The notes beneath the pieces are model-generated. The model was not told the origin of the DNA and did no database searches. It worked only from the letters and a program-made list of their open reading frames with translations. A stretch of DNA of 64,000 nucleotides, taken from positions 57,408 to 121,407 of the forward strand of contig CALSML010000001.1 of assembly GCA_943787445.1 (NCBI GenBank), given 5' to 3'. The stretch's first letter is position 1. Every line of letters starts with the position of its first letter. Positions 38,135 through 48,294 of the stretch are shown here, piece after piece. This DNA is from an uncultured Alphaproteobacteria bacterium (GTDB taxonomy: Bacteria > Pseudomonadota > Alphaproteobacteria > UBA6615). The position numbers and the translations under genes are program-made.

Positions 38135-39346
38135 TTAGATGTTGAGTTCTAGGCAGTAGAGCCCGCCCGCATGCCGGTCGACGCAATAGACGATCCGGTT
38201 TTCATCCACATAGACGTCGTTGATCTGAGCTGTCGCGACGGGAGAATTGTCCGGCTTCGGCGGCACGAAATACGCCACTTCCTTGGGCTGCAGCGGATCC
38301 TTCAGATCGAAGACCCGCAATCCGCCATTGAAGAATGTGCCGAAGATCAGATCGTCCGACTGGAAAGACGGACCCGGGCGGTTCTCATGCAGGTTGTGGG
38401 CGCCGAAACGTCCCCCGCGATTGCGGAAGTCATCGAGCGGCGGCATCGGCAGGGTCGCAATCGGGACCATGTTGTCCTCCTTGCGGGCATCGACAACCCA
38501 GGCCAGCTTCGGCCAGTCGAGGGCATCATCTTTGACGCTTTCATCGGTGACAATCAGGATGTCCTTGCTGAACAGCGGCAGCACCGTATGGGCAAATCCC
38601 GGATAGGGGGGATGCGGATTCCATTCGCCGATCACCTTGGGGTCCGACTTGTCGGAGATGTCCATGATGAAGGTCCCGCCGTCGAGATAGCCCAGATACA
38701 TCCGGTCGGGACGCTGCGGGTAGACATTGGTGTTGTGAGCGCGGAAGCCGGAATCGATGTCAGGATGACGCGGGGGCGGCGGCACATTGTCGCCTTCGCG
38801 GGTGCCCGGATACCACCAGCGACCGACCTCTTCGGGGCTGGAGGGATTGCGCACATCGATGCAGCGATAGAACTGGTCATCCTTCGGATTGGTCGGCACG
38901 AAGTCGTCCGAACCGCCGGCGAAATGGACATACTCACCATCCGCGAACCAGAGTTGATGGACGCCGCGTGAATGCGGGCCGGAGCAATCGAAGAAGGATA
39001 TCGATTTCGGGTTTTCCGGGGTCGAGATGTCGAAGAGTTCGACGCCGACCTTTTCCATGTTCACGCCCGGGGTCTGATAGGCAACGGCCATGATGTCGCC
39101 AGTCACTTCGAGCGAGTTCGAACGCATCTCCATCACGGGCAGTTCGGTCTGCACCACGACCTTGGGGTTGCGCGGATCGCTGACATCGACGCCGGTGAAG
39201 TTCTTGGGCGCGGATTCGTGGGCCAGCCACATGATCCGGCGGCCATCCGGCGCGACCTGCATGGCCATACCTTCGCCCATACCGCCGAAGCCGACGAGCG
39301 TGTCCTGGGACAGCAGCGTCATGTTGTGAATTTCTGGTTGCGACAT
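38135..39346 (-). CDS. LVIVD-repeat beta-propeller protein
   Basis: Five repeats of h-D-h-S-D/T-P-x-N/S-P-K-x-h (GVDVSDPRNPKVV, LFDISTPENPKSI, CIDVRNPSSPEEV, IMDISDKSDPKVI, VFDLKDPLQPKEV). Confidence 0.6.
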   Translation of the reverse strand: MSQPEIHNMTLLSQDTLVGFGGMGEGMAMQVAPDGRRIMWLAHESAPKNFTGVDVSDPRNPKVVVQTELPVMEMRSNSLEVTGDIMAVAYQTPGVNMEKVGVELFDISTPENPKSISFFDCSGPHSRGVHQLWFADGEYVHFAGGSDDFVPTNPKDDQFYRCIDVRNPSSPEEVGRWWYPGTREGDNVPPPPRHPDIDSGFRAHNTNVYPQRPDRMYLGYLDGGTFIMDISDKSDPKVIGEWNPHPPYPGFAHTVLPLFSKDILIVTDESVKDDALDWPKLAWVVDARKEDNMVPIATLPMPPLDDFRNRGGRFGAHNLHENRPGPSFQSDDLIFGTFFNGGLRVFDLKDPLQPKEVAYFVPPKPDNSPVATAQINDVYVDENRIVYCVDRHAGGLYCLELNI

Positions 39347-39390
39347 CTTTACTTCTCCTCAGTGGGATTTATCCGACCGTCTAGGGCCGG

Positions 39391-41737
39391 TTATACCTTG
39401 TCTTGGGTTGCGTTTTGTATGGTCTGCCACACCCGTTCCGGTGTGGCCGGCATGTCCATGTGGCGGACGCCAAGCGGGCGCAGTGCGTCACAGATCGCGT
39501 TCATGACAGCAGGCAGAGCGCCCACCGTACCGGCTTCGCCGGCGCCTTTCAGGCCCATTGGATTGTTCTTCGAGGGCACATTGTGCTCGATCACGTCGAA
39601 AGACGGAAAATTGTCGGCCCGCGGCATGGCGTAATCCATGAACGAACCGGTCAGCAGTTGACCGCTATCCGGATCATAGACCACCTGTTCGAGAAGCACT
39701 TGGCCGGCCCCCTGAACCACGCCGCCATGGACCTGCCCCTTCACCATCATCGGATTCAGGGCAACGCCCACATCATCGACGACAGTATAGGTGATCATCT
39801 CGACCACGCCGGTCTCCGGGTCGATCTCGACCTCGCTGACATGGCAGCCATTGGGATAGGTGGGACCAGGCGGCAGGATGATGGCGCTTTCGGACAATCC
39901 CATCTCCAGCTCGCGGGGCATTTTCGCTGCCTGGTAGGAGGTCTTGGCCACTTCGATCAGGCTGATCTCCCGGTCGGTGCCGCTGACGGTGAAGACCCCG
40001 TCATCAAAGGTGATGTCGTCTTCGGCGGCTTCGAGCAGATGGGCAGCGATCTTGCGGGCGCGTTCGATGATCTTTTCCGACGCGCGCTGCAGGGCGGCTC
40101 CGCCGACGCTGATCGAGCGCGAACCGAAGGTCCCCTTGCCGTGATGGACCAGATCCGTGTCGCCGTATTGCACGCGGATGGAGTCAAAGGGCACGCCGAG
40201 CTTTTCCGAGGCGATCTGGGCAAAGGCCGTCTCGTGGCCCTGGCCGTGGGAATGGGTCCCCATCAGCACCGAGACACCACCATCGGTGTCGAACCGCACC
40301 GCAGCACTTTCCTCATTGGGAATGGGCAGGGGCCCGCCGGCGATTTCGATGACGCTGGCAATGCCCATGCCGCGCAACTTGCCGCGGGACTGGGCTTCGG
40401 CGCGACGTGCCTCGAACCCGGCCCGGTCCGCGGCTTCCACGGCGCGATTCAGGCAAGTCTCGAATTCCCCGCTGTCATAGGTGAAGACAAAGCCGGTGTC
40501 GTAGGGCAGCGCGTCGGGAGAAATCATGTTGCGGCGACGCAGTTCCACCGGGTCGATGCCCAGCTCGGCAGCGGCCACATCGATGGTGCGCTCGATGGCA
40601 TAGGACGCCTCCGGGCGTCCGGCCCCGCGATAGGTCGCGGTCGGGCTGGTGTGGGTGAAGACGCCACGGGCTTCGGCATGCACATGGGGGGTGGTGTAGA
40701 CGCCTGACAGCCCGCCGAGATTGTTGGTGGGCGAATGGGGTCCGGCATTGCTCATGAACCCGCCCAGCGCGGCGTCGGTGGAAATCCGGAAGGCGAGAAA
40801 TTTGCCCTCTGCATCCAGCGCCATGGCGGCTTTCGAGACATTGTCGCGGGCGTGATAGTCACTGGCCAGTGCTTCGCTGCGGGTCGCGGTGAACCGCACG
40901 GGACGCCCGGTGCGTTTTGCGGCCCAGAGTACCAGCCCGTGTTCGGCAAAGGTGCTGCCGCGCATCCCGAATCCGCCCCCCATGTCAGGCGAGATGATGC
41001 GCAGTTTGGCTTCGGGAATCCGGAAGACATTCTTGCACAGATCCGACCGCATCCGGTGTGGCGACTGCATGCCCGCGTAGAGGGTGTAGCGTTCCTCGAG
41101 CGGGTCGTAGAACCCGATGGCCGCGCGCACCTCCATGGTGTTGGTGGACACCCGGCTGATGGTGAAATCCAGTTCGGTGACATGGGCGGCCTTTTCAAAG
41201 GCCGCGTCGGTTGCCGCCTTGTCCCCGAGGGAAAACACGAAGCTTTCATTCCCGGGGACACTGTCCCAGACCTGCGGTGTGCCCGGGTCGCGCGCGCGGG
41301 CGGTCTCGGTCACTACATCCATGATCTCGTAATCGACATCGATGGCTTCGGTGGCATCGACCGCTTGGGCATAGGTCTCGGCGATGACGGCTGCGACCGC
41401 CTGCCCGACTAAGTGCACCTCGCCATCGGCGAGCAAAGGATAAGGCGGCTCGACCATGGGTGAACCGTCGCGTTTTTTGCGCTTCACTGCTACGGATAAA
41501 CCGCCAATGTCATCAGTATTGAGCTCTGCTGCCGTTAGAACTGCGAGAACCCCGGGCATAGTGGTGGCCGTCGCGGTGGCGATCCCGTTGATCCGAGCCG
41601 AAGCATGGGGCGACCTCAGCAAGGCCATGTAGGCCGCGCCGGAAACTTGGCGGTCGTCGGTGTAGTTTCCCTTGCCGGTTAGGAGCCGCTGGTCTTCAAC
41701 GCGAGGCACCGATTGACCGATGCCGTATTCACGCATT
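39391..41737 (-). CDS. Xanthine dehydrogenase family molybdopterin-binding large subunit (CoxL/aldehyde oxidoreductase-like)
   Basis: MREYGIGQSVPRVEDQRLLTGKGNYTDD N-terminus and a ~780 aa length. No small (2Fe-2S) or medium (FAD) subunit gene is adjacent. Confidence 0.8.
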
Positions 41738-41797
41738 AAGCCTGCCCGGGAAGTGCCAAAGGTACAGGTTTCTTTGAATAAATCCGATTCATTAGGA

Positions 41798-43327
41798 CTA
41801 GTGGTCCTTCTTTTCTTCGGCAGCCGCAAGCGCGGCTTCGCCATCTTCAACTGCTTTATCCCAAGCCTTCGGCTTAAAGGAATAATAAAGTGCAACCACG
41901 ATCATGAAGATGATGATGTCCGATATCCAGCGGCTAAATATGAAAGTGAATGGACTATCTCCTGACACCACTAAAACATTGCGCAAGCCGTCTTCGGCTA
42001 TTGGGCCAAGTATAATACCGAGCAAGATACCGGCTGGCGAAAAGTTATATTTCTGCGCTAGGTATCCGATAACCCCCATGGCTACCATGATCCAAACGTC
42101 CCATGGGTTACCACTTGCAGCGAACGTGCCGACCACGCAAAAAATCATAATAATGGGCGCCAAGAGCCCTCGCGGAAACAAAGTCACGTAAGCCATGACA
42201 CGCGCAAGCGTTGCTGCAATTCCGCCCATAAAGAAGTTTGCGAGTATAAATCCCCAGATTACGGTAAATATAATCTCGGGGGAGTCTCGAAATAACCGGT
42301 CACCTGGCTGAAGGCCGTGGATCATTAGCGCGCCGAGTATTACCGCGGCGGATATCCCGCCCGGAATGCCTAGAACAAACATTGGAATAAGCGATGTTCC
42401 GGTTACACCATTATTGGAACCCTCAGTGGCGGCGAGGCCTTTTATCTCTCCTTCTCCAAATTTATCTCCCTCTTTGCCGCGCTGAATTTCCCAAGAATAT
42501 GCTATCCACTGCGCTACGCTGCCACCTGCTGCGGGGATGACGCCCATGACAAGGCCCGTTACCCAACCGCGCATGAGAGACCATCTGCAGTGGATTATTT
42601 CACTCAGTTTAGGCCAAATATTCCAACTTAGCTTGGACACGCCTGAAATATTGGATTTTGGACTTCCTTCGCACAAAGTTAGGGCCTGCGCAAAAGCGAA
42701 CAATCCTATGACCGCCGGTAAGATATCTATTCCGGAATAAAGTCCATCAAGCCCAAAAGCAAACCGAGGGAAAGAGGATGCAGAATCAACCCCTATAGTA
42801 CTTATTAGTAGTCCTAATAAACCAGCAATTAACCCCTTAAGAACGGCCCCAAAAGAAACAGCTGCGATTGCCGTTAATCCTAGCAGCGCGACAACAAAGT
42901 ATTCAGATGGACCGAACAAAAGGGAAACTTTTGCCAATGGCGGCGCGAGGTATAGAAGAGCGAAGCCACTAATCAGACCACCCATGACGGACGCAAAAGT
43001 TGACATGCGGATGGCCTCTATTGCTCGCCCCCGCTTGGTCATTTCGTAGCCTTCGATAGCAGAGGCGGCTGAAGCTGATGTACCGGGCGCCCGCAGCAGA
43101 ATTGCCGTAAATGAGCCTCCGTAAATGCCAGCGGCATAGGTCGAGACCATCAGAATGAGAGCAGTTTCAGGCGGCCATTCGAATGAGATTGGAATCATTA
43201 AGGCAATCGCCATAGGTGGCCCCAGTCCGGGTATGGCGCCGATAATAAGGCCTACAACAATACCAACAAACATCGCCCCCAAGTTTTGAAGCGTGATTAC
43301 ATTAAGAAGAAATTCAAAACTTTCCAT
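41798..43327 (-). CDS. tctA: Tripartite tricarboxylate transporter permease TctA
   Basis: 509 aa multi-TM protein with a TctA-type N-terminus. Lower GC than the flanks. Confidence 0.8.
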   Translation of the reverse strand: MESFEFLLNVITLQNLGAMFVGIVVGLIIGAIPGLGPPMAIALMIPISFEWPPETALILMVSTYAAGIYGGSFTAILLRAPGTSASAASAIEGYEMTKRGRAIEAIRMSTFASVMGGLISGFALLYLAPPLAKVSLLFGPSEYFVVALLGLTAIAAVSFGAVLKGLIAGLLGLLISTIGVDSASSFPRFAFGLDGLYSGIDILPAVIGLFAFAQALTLCEGSPKSNISGVSKLSWNIWPKLSEIIHCRWSLMRGWVTGLVMGVIPAAGGSVAQWIAYSWEIQRGKEGDKFGEGEIKGLAATEGSNNGVTGTSLIPMFVLGIPGGISAAVILGALMIHGLQPGDRLFRDSPEIIFTVIWGFILANFFMGGIAATLARVMAYVTLFPRGLLAPIIMIFCVVGTFAASGNPWDVWIMVAMGVIGYLAQKYNFSPAGILLGIILGPIAEDGLRNVLVVSGDSPFTFIFSRWISDIIIFMIVVALYYSFKPKAWDKAVEDGEAALAAAEEKKDH

Positions 43328-43347
43328 GACTTATCCTCGCGGCGGCT

Positions 43348-43797
43348 CTAAAAGAGCAGTCCTTCTGGCAAGTAGGCATCCAATACCAGACTAAAAAATA
43401 TATATAGGATAGGAAATAAAAATAGCGCGGTTATTAGTATAATTTTATGATTTCTGAGTCCGGTCATGTAGGTGACAACAAAGTAGAATACAATTGATGA
43501 TGTATAAAAACCTATATATATGACGGAGAAAGAATAAATTACACCAACAATGATAACGTAAAGTGGTTTCCACGCGTCGTAGCGAAAATCAAATACTACC
43601 GATCCTTTTAATCGTTCAATATCTCGGCTTGTGAATGACCTTGCCAGCATACCGAGTGCTAACACTATAATCGAGATTGCTGCAAAATCAGGAAATGCAT
43701 CCGAACGCCCCGGGAATTCTAGCGTTAGTAAATACACAATTCCGGCTGCAACGATAATGCCGAGAGCAACTAATCTTTCCGCTAACAATCTCGTCAT
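43348..43797 (-). CDS. tctB: Tripartite tricarboxylate transporter TctB family protein
   Basis: Small four-TM protein between tctC and tctA. Confidence 0.65.
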   Translation of the reverse strand: MTRLLAERLVALGIIVAAGIVYLLTLEFPGRSDAFPDFAAISIIVLALGMLARSFTSRDIERLKGSVVFDFRYDAWKPLYVIIVGVIYSFSVIYIGFYTSSIVFYFVVTYMTGLRNHKIILITALFLFPILYIFFSLVLDAYLPEGLLF

Positions 43798-43811
43798 GGA
43801 ATTCCTCTTTA

Positions 43812-43852
43812 AGTAATCAGCGAATTCGAAAAAAAACACGCCCCGCCTAATA
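43812..43852 (-). terminator. Intra-operon rho-independent terminator/attenuator between tctC and tctB
   Basis: Hairpin cacgccccg-cctaatacttga-cggggcgtg followed on the minus strand by the T-run TTTTTTTTCGAATTC. Confidence 0.7.
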
Positions 43853-43889
43853 CTTGACGGGGCGTGATTAAAATTGCCGTTGGTCTAGT

Positions 43890-44888
43890 CTACTGAACGT
43901 CCTTTTGTTTCCAATATGCCGCTTGTTCCGCAACTTTTTGGCCGGCTCGTAGCATATTCCACATGTCTTCACCTTTTAAAAACATCAGGTGATTTTTATT
44001 TGCCACTTCTTTTGCCATATATTCGGGGTTAGTGATGGCGCGCTCGATTGCCCCCAAGTAAACGGCACGCTTTTCTTCTTCAAGACCATTCGCTGTTGCG
44101 ATAGTCCGCCCAGCGTATGTAACATTTGTTTTACCCGTAAGCTCGGTAAATGTTGGCACGCTCGGAAGCATTTTCCAAGGCTCCGGATGCATAACAGCAA
44201 TCGGGCGTAATTTACGCTCAAGAATACTATTAATATAGTAACCGACATTAGCTGCAACCATGTCAACGTGCTTGCCTAGAAGTAGCTGGATCTTTGCATT
44301 GTCTCCCTTACTCATTACAAACTTTGTCTGAAATTCTGGGAAAGCTTGCTGAGCAAATGCTACACCTATGTGGTCATCACTTCCTAGGCTTCCTGGTGCG
44401 ACGATGAGGGGGGTTTTCGCCGCATAATCGAGAATATCCTGCAGGTTTTTGAATCGCTCATCATCCCACCGAACCAGCCAGAGACCGGGGTCGTAGGAGT
44501 GCCAAGCTAGAAAGTTAAACGATTCAAGTGTTTCTTTTCGTTTCATTGCTGGATTAAGCATAGAAAAAATGTGAGGAATATTTACAACGGCCAGCTTGTG
44601 GTCATCCTTTTTCTTATTCCAATTATTGGTAACTTGTCCCCAAGAAACCCAGCCGCCGCCGCCAGCTACGTTGGTGACCTTAACTGGCACGCCCAGCTCT
44701 TCTGATAGGTATGGGGCAAAGAGCCTGAACGTGCGGTCTGCTCCGCCACCCGGCTTAAATGGGACCTGGAGTTGCACAGGCTTGCTGGGAAAATCGGCGG
44801 CCGAAACCGACTTCGGTGCGGTTGCTGCTATACCAAGCGCAGCAATAGCTGCGCCGGCTATAAGCGGAATTTTGGTGAATTTGAACAT
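43890..44888 (-). CDS. tctC: Tripartite tricarboxylate transporter substrate-binding protein TctC (Bug family)
   Basis: Signal peptide, then FPSKPVQLQVPFKPGGGADRTFRLFAP...GVPVKVTNVAGGGG, the Bug/TctC signature. Confidence 0.8.
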   Translation of the reverse strand: MFKFTKIPLIAGAAIAALGIAATAPKSVSAADFPSKPVQLQVPFKPGGGADRTFRLFAPYLSEELGVPVKVTNVAGGGGWVSWGQVTNNWNKKKDDHKLAVVNIPHIFSMLNPAMKRKETLESFNFLAWHSYDPGLWLVRWDDERFKNLQDILDYAAKTPLIVAPGSLGSDDHIGVAFAQQAFPEFQTKFVMSKGDNAKIQLLLGKHVDMVAANVGYYINSILERKLRPIAVMHPEPWKMLPSVPTFTELTGKTNVTYAGRTIATANGLEEEKRAVYLGAIERAITNPEYMAKEVANKNHLMFLKGEDMWNMLRAGQKVAEQAAYWKQKDVQ

Positions 44889-45008
44889 TCGGTGAACCAT
44901 CCCTTGTCGTGAGTTTTAGTTTTTTTTACGACTAAATGATATCGGGTTGGTACATTACAGGGAACAAAAATTAGAAAAATTTTTAAATAATATGTTCTTC
45001 GTTAAAAA

Positions 45009-45476
45009 TTATGGGGTCGCATCCGCGGCAGTCCGCATGGGCGAGCGCCCGGATTTTTGGGCTTCTTCGGCGGAGAAATTCAGTTCGATCTTGATACCGT
45101 TGATTGGTTCCATGAAAAACAGCTGATAGAGCGACTGATTATGGGCCTGTCGTTCGTTGTACTTGATGCCGTTGGAATCCAGTCGATTGGCAAACTCCTC
45201 TATCCCCGAGCAATTGAAGCACACGTGGTCGATACGACCGCTACCGCTATTAGCCTCGGCCTCGACGGCCGCAGAGTTGTCACCGGGACGCAGGTACTCG
45301 TTCTGATGATCCGAGTGGTTGGCCTTGCCGATGTGAACTACATCCTGATCGCCGATATAGAGCCAGTGAACCGGGAACCCAAATTCCGGGTGGTCGCCGG
45401 AACGGAAGCCGAGATTCTCGACCCACCAGTCACGGGTCCCTTCGGGGTCGTGGGTGAGGATCAGAATGTGTTCCAT
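45009..45476 (-). CDS. VOC family protein (glyoxalase/bleomycin-resistance fold)
   Basis: MEHILILTHDPEGTRDWWVENLGF pattern of VOC proteins. Confidence 0.55.
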   Translation of the reverse strand: MEHILILTHDPEGTRDWWVENLGFRSGDHPEFGFPVHWLYIGDQDVVHIGKANHSDHQNEYLRPGDNSAAVEAEANSGSGRIDHVCFNCSGIEEFANRLDSNGIKYNERQAHNQSLYQLFFMEPINGIKIELNFSAEEAQKSGRSPMRTAADATP

Positions 45477-45603
45477 GAAATTCAGGCCCATGGGTCGGCT
45501 CCGTGTGCATGTGGTTGTAGGTATCGCTTGGGAGAAGGATTGTGGCGCAAAGGTCCGGTCGTCTCAACCGGCGATTGGGCACAATTTTTTTCCGTTTTGC
45601 GCG

Positions 45604-46143
45604 CTAATCGAGCGGCTCGGCATTCAGTAGCATAGCAGCTATCAGACAGGGTTCGCTTGTCCGGTTCGACCAAGCGTGCAGCGTGCCACGCTGGACGCAG
45701 GCATCGCCGGACTTCAGGCAGACCTCTTCGTCATCAAGAATTAGCCAGACCTCGCCGGACACTACGATTAGATGGTCGACGGATTTAGTCTTGTGCATGC
45801 CCGGGTGCTTTTGTCCGTCGAGGCAATCCCCGGCGCCCATTTTTTCGAAATACTCTTTCATCTGATCAAAGTTGCGCTTGGAATCCGGCGGGATTTCGAC
45901 AAGACGAAAGACCGCACCACCAGCGGGCGGTTCCAGCGTCACCTTGTCCCGCACCGTGTCGGCGTTGCCCGCGTTGCTGTCGGGCACCGATCCTGATAGC
46001 CACACATCCGACAGGCGGACATTGGGTTGGCCCGCTGGTGTCAGAACATGACCTAGGTCGGCGGTCATGGTTTCGTCGATGATGACGACGGCTTTGCCGT
46101 CTGGGTCATGGCCGGTGATCACGCGTCGTATATCGCGGGGCAT
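45604..46143 (-). CDS. Cupin domain protein
   Basis: C-terminal cupin beta-barrel motifs (GEVWLILDDEEVCLKSGDACVQRGTLHAW). Confidence 0.55.
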   Translation of the reverse strand: MPRDIRRVITGHDPDGKAVVIIDETMTADLGHVLTPAGQPNVRLSDVWLSGSVPDSNAGNADTVRDKVTLEPPAGGAVFRLVEIPPDSKRNFDQMKEYFEKMGAGDCLDGQKHPGMHKTKSVDHLIVVSGEVWLILDDEEVCLKSGDACVQRGTLHAWSNRTSEPCLIAAMLLNAEPLD

Positions 46144-46153
46144 GAGAATCTCC

Positions 46154-47191
46154 TCAGTTTTGGTCCGGGGTCTGACGGTCGCGCCAGTTGGCCGGTTTGA
46201 CGAGGCGGTTCTTCAGCACACCAATATGCTCGACTTCGAGTTCGATTATGTCGTTATCGGATAGATAGCGATTGTGTTCCAGCCCGCAGCCACTGGGCAC
46301 GGTGCCCGAACCAAAGATTTCGCCGGAATAGATGGTCTGGTTGTGGCTGAGATGGGCCAGCACATCCTCAAACCGGTGGTCCATCATGGCGGTGTTGCCG
46401 CGGCTCCACTCTTCGCCATTGATCCGTGCGACCATGGTCTGATCGTAGGGGTCGGCAATCTCATCAGCGGTCACGATGCACGGTCCCAGAGCATTACCGG
46501 CGTCGAAATCTTTGCCAGGGCCACCCATGCCCGCACCGGTGCGAATCTCGATTGCCTGAATGTCGCGCGCGCTGAAATCGTTGAAAATGGTGAAGCCGAA
46601 GAAATGGGTCGCGGCGGTTTCGGCCTTGATGTTGGTGCCGCTCGATCCGGTGACGACCGCCCATTCGAGTTCGTAGTCCATGCGTCGGGATTCGTGGGGC
46701 CAACTAGCCTCGTCGTCCGGGCCGATGATGCTGAGATGATTACTGTTGAGATAGGCCGGTGCGCGCTTCCACTCATTGGGGACATCGAGCGCACCGGAGG
46801 CCCGAAAGGCGTGCATAGCCGCGGCTGGATCGTCTTCACGCGCGGCGAGGCGGGTGTAGCGCACCTCCCGAGCATTGCGAAGATGCTGTAAGAAACAGGT
46901 GCAATCTCGAAGTCGTCGCGGATTGGGCAGGGGTGCATGGAGCTTGAGGTTGGTGCGGCTGAGCAGGGCCGGACCCTCCCCCCGTGACTGTATCCGTGTG
47001 CCGAGTTCCCTCGCCTGATCCAAGGCAGCCGGTCCCCCATCAATCAGTGCAAGCATGCTGGTGAAGGCCTCGGTGTTCGCGTGGACGTCTGCGGCGGCCC
47101 TGTCTAGATCGACAACCTGCCGATCCTGCTCAATCAGCGCGCCGAGGCGTGGTGGATCCGCGGGTGAAGTTGAAAAGGTAACGAGGCGCAA
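46154..47191 (-). CDS. Fumarylacetoacetate hydrolase (FAH) family protein
   Basis: FAH-family pattern in the C-terminal 220 aa (DYELEWAVVTG...GPGKDFD...GPCIVTADEI). Confidence 0.65.
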   Translation of the reverse strand: MRLVTFSTSPADPPRLGALIEQDRQVVDLDRAAADVHANTEAFTSMLALIDGGPAALDQARELGTRIQSRGEGPALLSRTNLKLHAPLPNPRRLRDCTCFLQHLRNAREVRYTRLAAREDDPAAAMHAFRASGALDVPNEWKRAPAYLNSNHLSIIGPDDEASWPHESRRMDYELEWAVVTGSSGTNIKAETAATHFFGFTIFNDFSARDIQAIEIRTGAGMGGPGKDFDAGNALGPCIVTADEIADPYDQTMVARINGEEWSRGNTAMMDHRFEDVLAHLSHNQTIYSGEIFGSGTVPSGCGLEHNRYLSDNDIIELEVEHIGVLKNRLVKPANWRDRQTPDQN

Positions 47192-47355
47192 GGTGGAATT
47201 CCTGCATGAAGATCAGGGTTGATGTTCAAACATGGTTTAGCAAAGCGCTTGTTGAGGCAAGACCTGACCGCGGTCTGTTCATTCAATAGCCGGCCCGAAC
47301 GGCATGGCGTGATCCGGGGGGCTGGGTTAAGACACGGGATCGGCTTATTGCGCCG

Positions 47356-48294
47356 GTGTTCTTGATCGGGTCCCGTGTGAGTCAGAATCTTTCATCTTCA
47401 GCCGGAAAATTGGCCATTCTGGCGGCCGTGGCGGCTTGCCTTTCGACCGCGCTAGGCGGGTCGGCCTTTGTTGCCATGCGCTTTCTGGTGACCGAAACCG
47501 AGCCGGTGACCGTCGCGTTTCTGCGCAACGGCATCGCTGCGGTGGTGCTGACCTCATTTGCCCTGGTGGTCGTGCGGCGCTGGCCTTCGCCACGTGAGCT
47601 GCTCGTCATGGGGGTCATGGGCGCGATGTTTTTCGGCGGGCTGCAGTTCATTTTTTCAACGGCCCTGACCTTCACGACGTCATCTCGCGGCGCGCTGGCC
47701 TATATGACCACGCCGTTCATCACCTTGATATTCGCCGGGATATTCGGGATCGAAAAACCGACCCGGCAGAAGCTGATTGGCATCACCATCGCAACATCCG
47801 GCATTGTTGTGGCGCTTGCCCAAAGCGCGGGCGCGCCGCCGGATGCCTGGATCGGTGACGGGCTGGTGCTGGTGGGGGCGGTGATCACATCGGTCTATGG
47901 CGTCTGGTCGAGCCGCGCCCTGCAACGTCATTCACCACTGGTGGCCGTTGTCAGCGGCGTCGTTCCCGGATCATTTCTGCTGTTTCTGCTCGCGCTGGGA
48001 TTGGGTGCACCGACCTTTGCGCCTGAATTGTCGGGAACCGGATGGGCAGCCGTGGCCTTTCTCGGTATTGGTGCCGCAGTCATTTCCTACACCCTCTGGC
48101 TCTGGGCTCTGCGCCACACGACGCCAACCCTTGTCGCGGTGGCGCTGCCGATGAATCCGTTGATGGCACTTCTCTGGGGGGCCGTGCTGCTGGGCGAAAA
48201 GGTCACCGTCGAAATGATCGCGGGATTCGGGCTGGTGCTGCTGGGCATCGCGATTGCCAACTGGCGTCGCCAGACGAAGGAGGCGCTGGTATGA
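47356..48294 (+). CDS. DMT superfamily transporter (EamA-like)
   Basis: Ten TM segments with EamA duplication. The start is uncertain. Its stop overlaps the next start (ATGA). Confidence 0.7.
   Translation: MFLIGSRVSQNLSSSAGKLAILAAVAACLSTALGGSAFVAMRFLVTETEPVTVAFLRNGIAAVVLTSFALVVVRRWPSPRELLVMGVMGAMFFGGLQFIFSTALTFTTSSRGALAYMTTPFITLIFAGIFGIEKPTRQKLIGITIATSGIVVALAQSAGAPPDAWIGDGLVLVGAVITSVYGVWSSRALQRHSPLVAVVSGVVPGSFLLFLLALGLGAPTFAPELSGTGWAAVAFLGIGAAVISYTLWLWALRHTTPTLVAVALPMNPLMALLWGAVLLGEKVTVEMIAGFGLVLLGIAIANWRRQTKEALV

Noticed and set aside
39403-40707. 434-aa plus-strand ORF inside the xanthine-dehydrogenase-family gene
   Set aside because: Antisense shadow ORF in GC-rich coding DNA.
45540-45600. 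Hairpin ccggtcgtctcaaccgg between the cupin and VOC genes as a terminator
   Set aside because: Short stem, and the T-run is more than 15 nt away and on the wrong side for the minus-strand genes.
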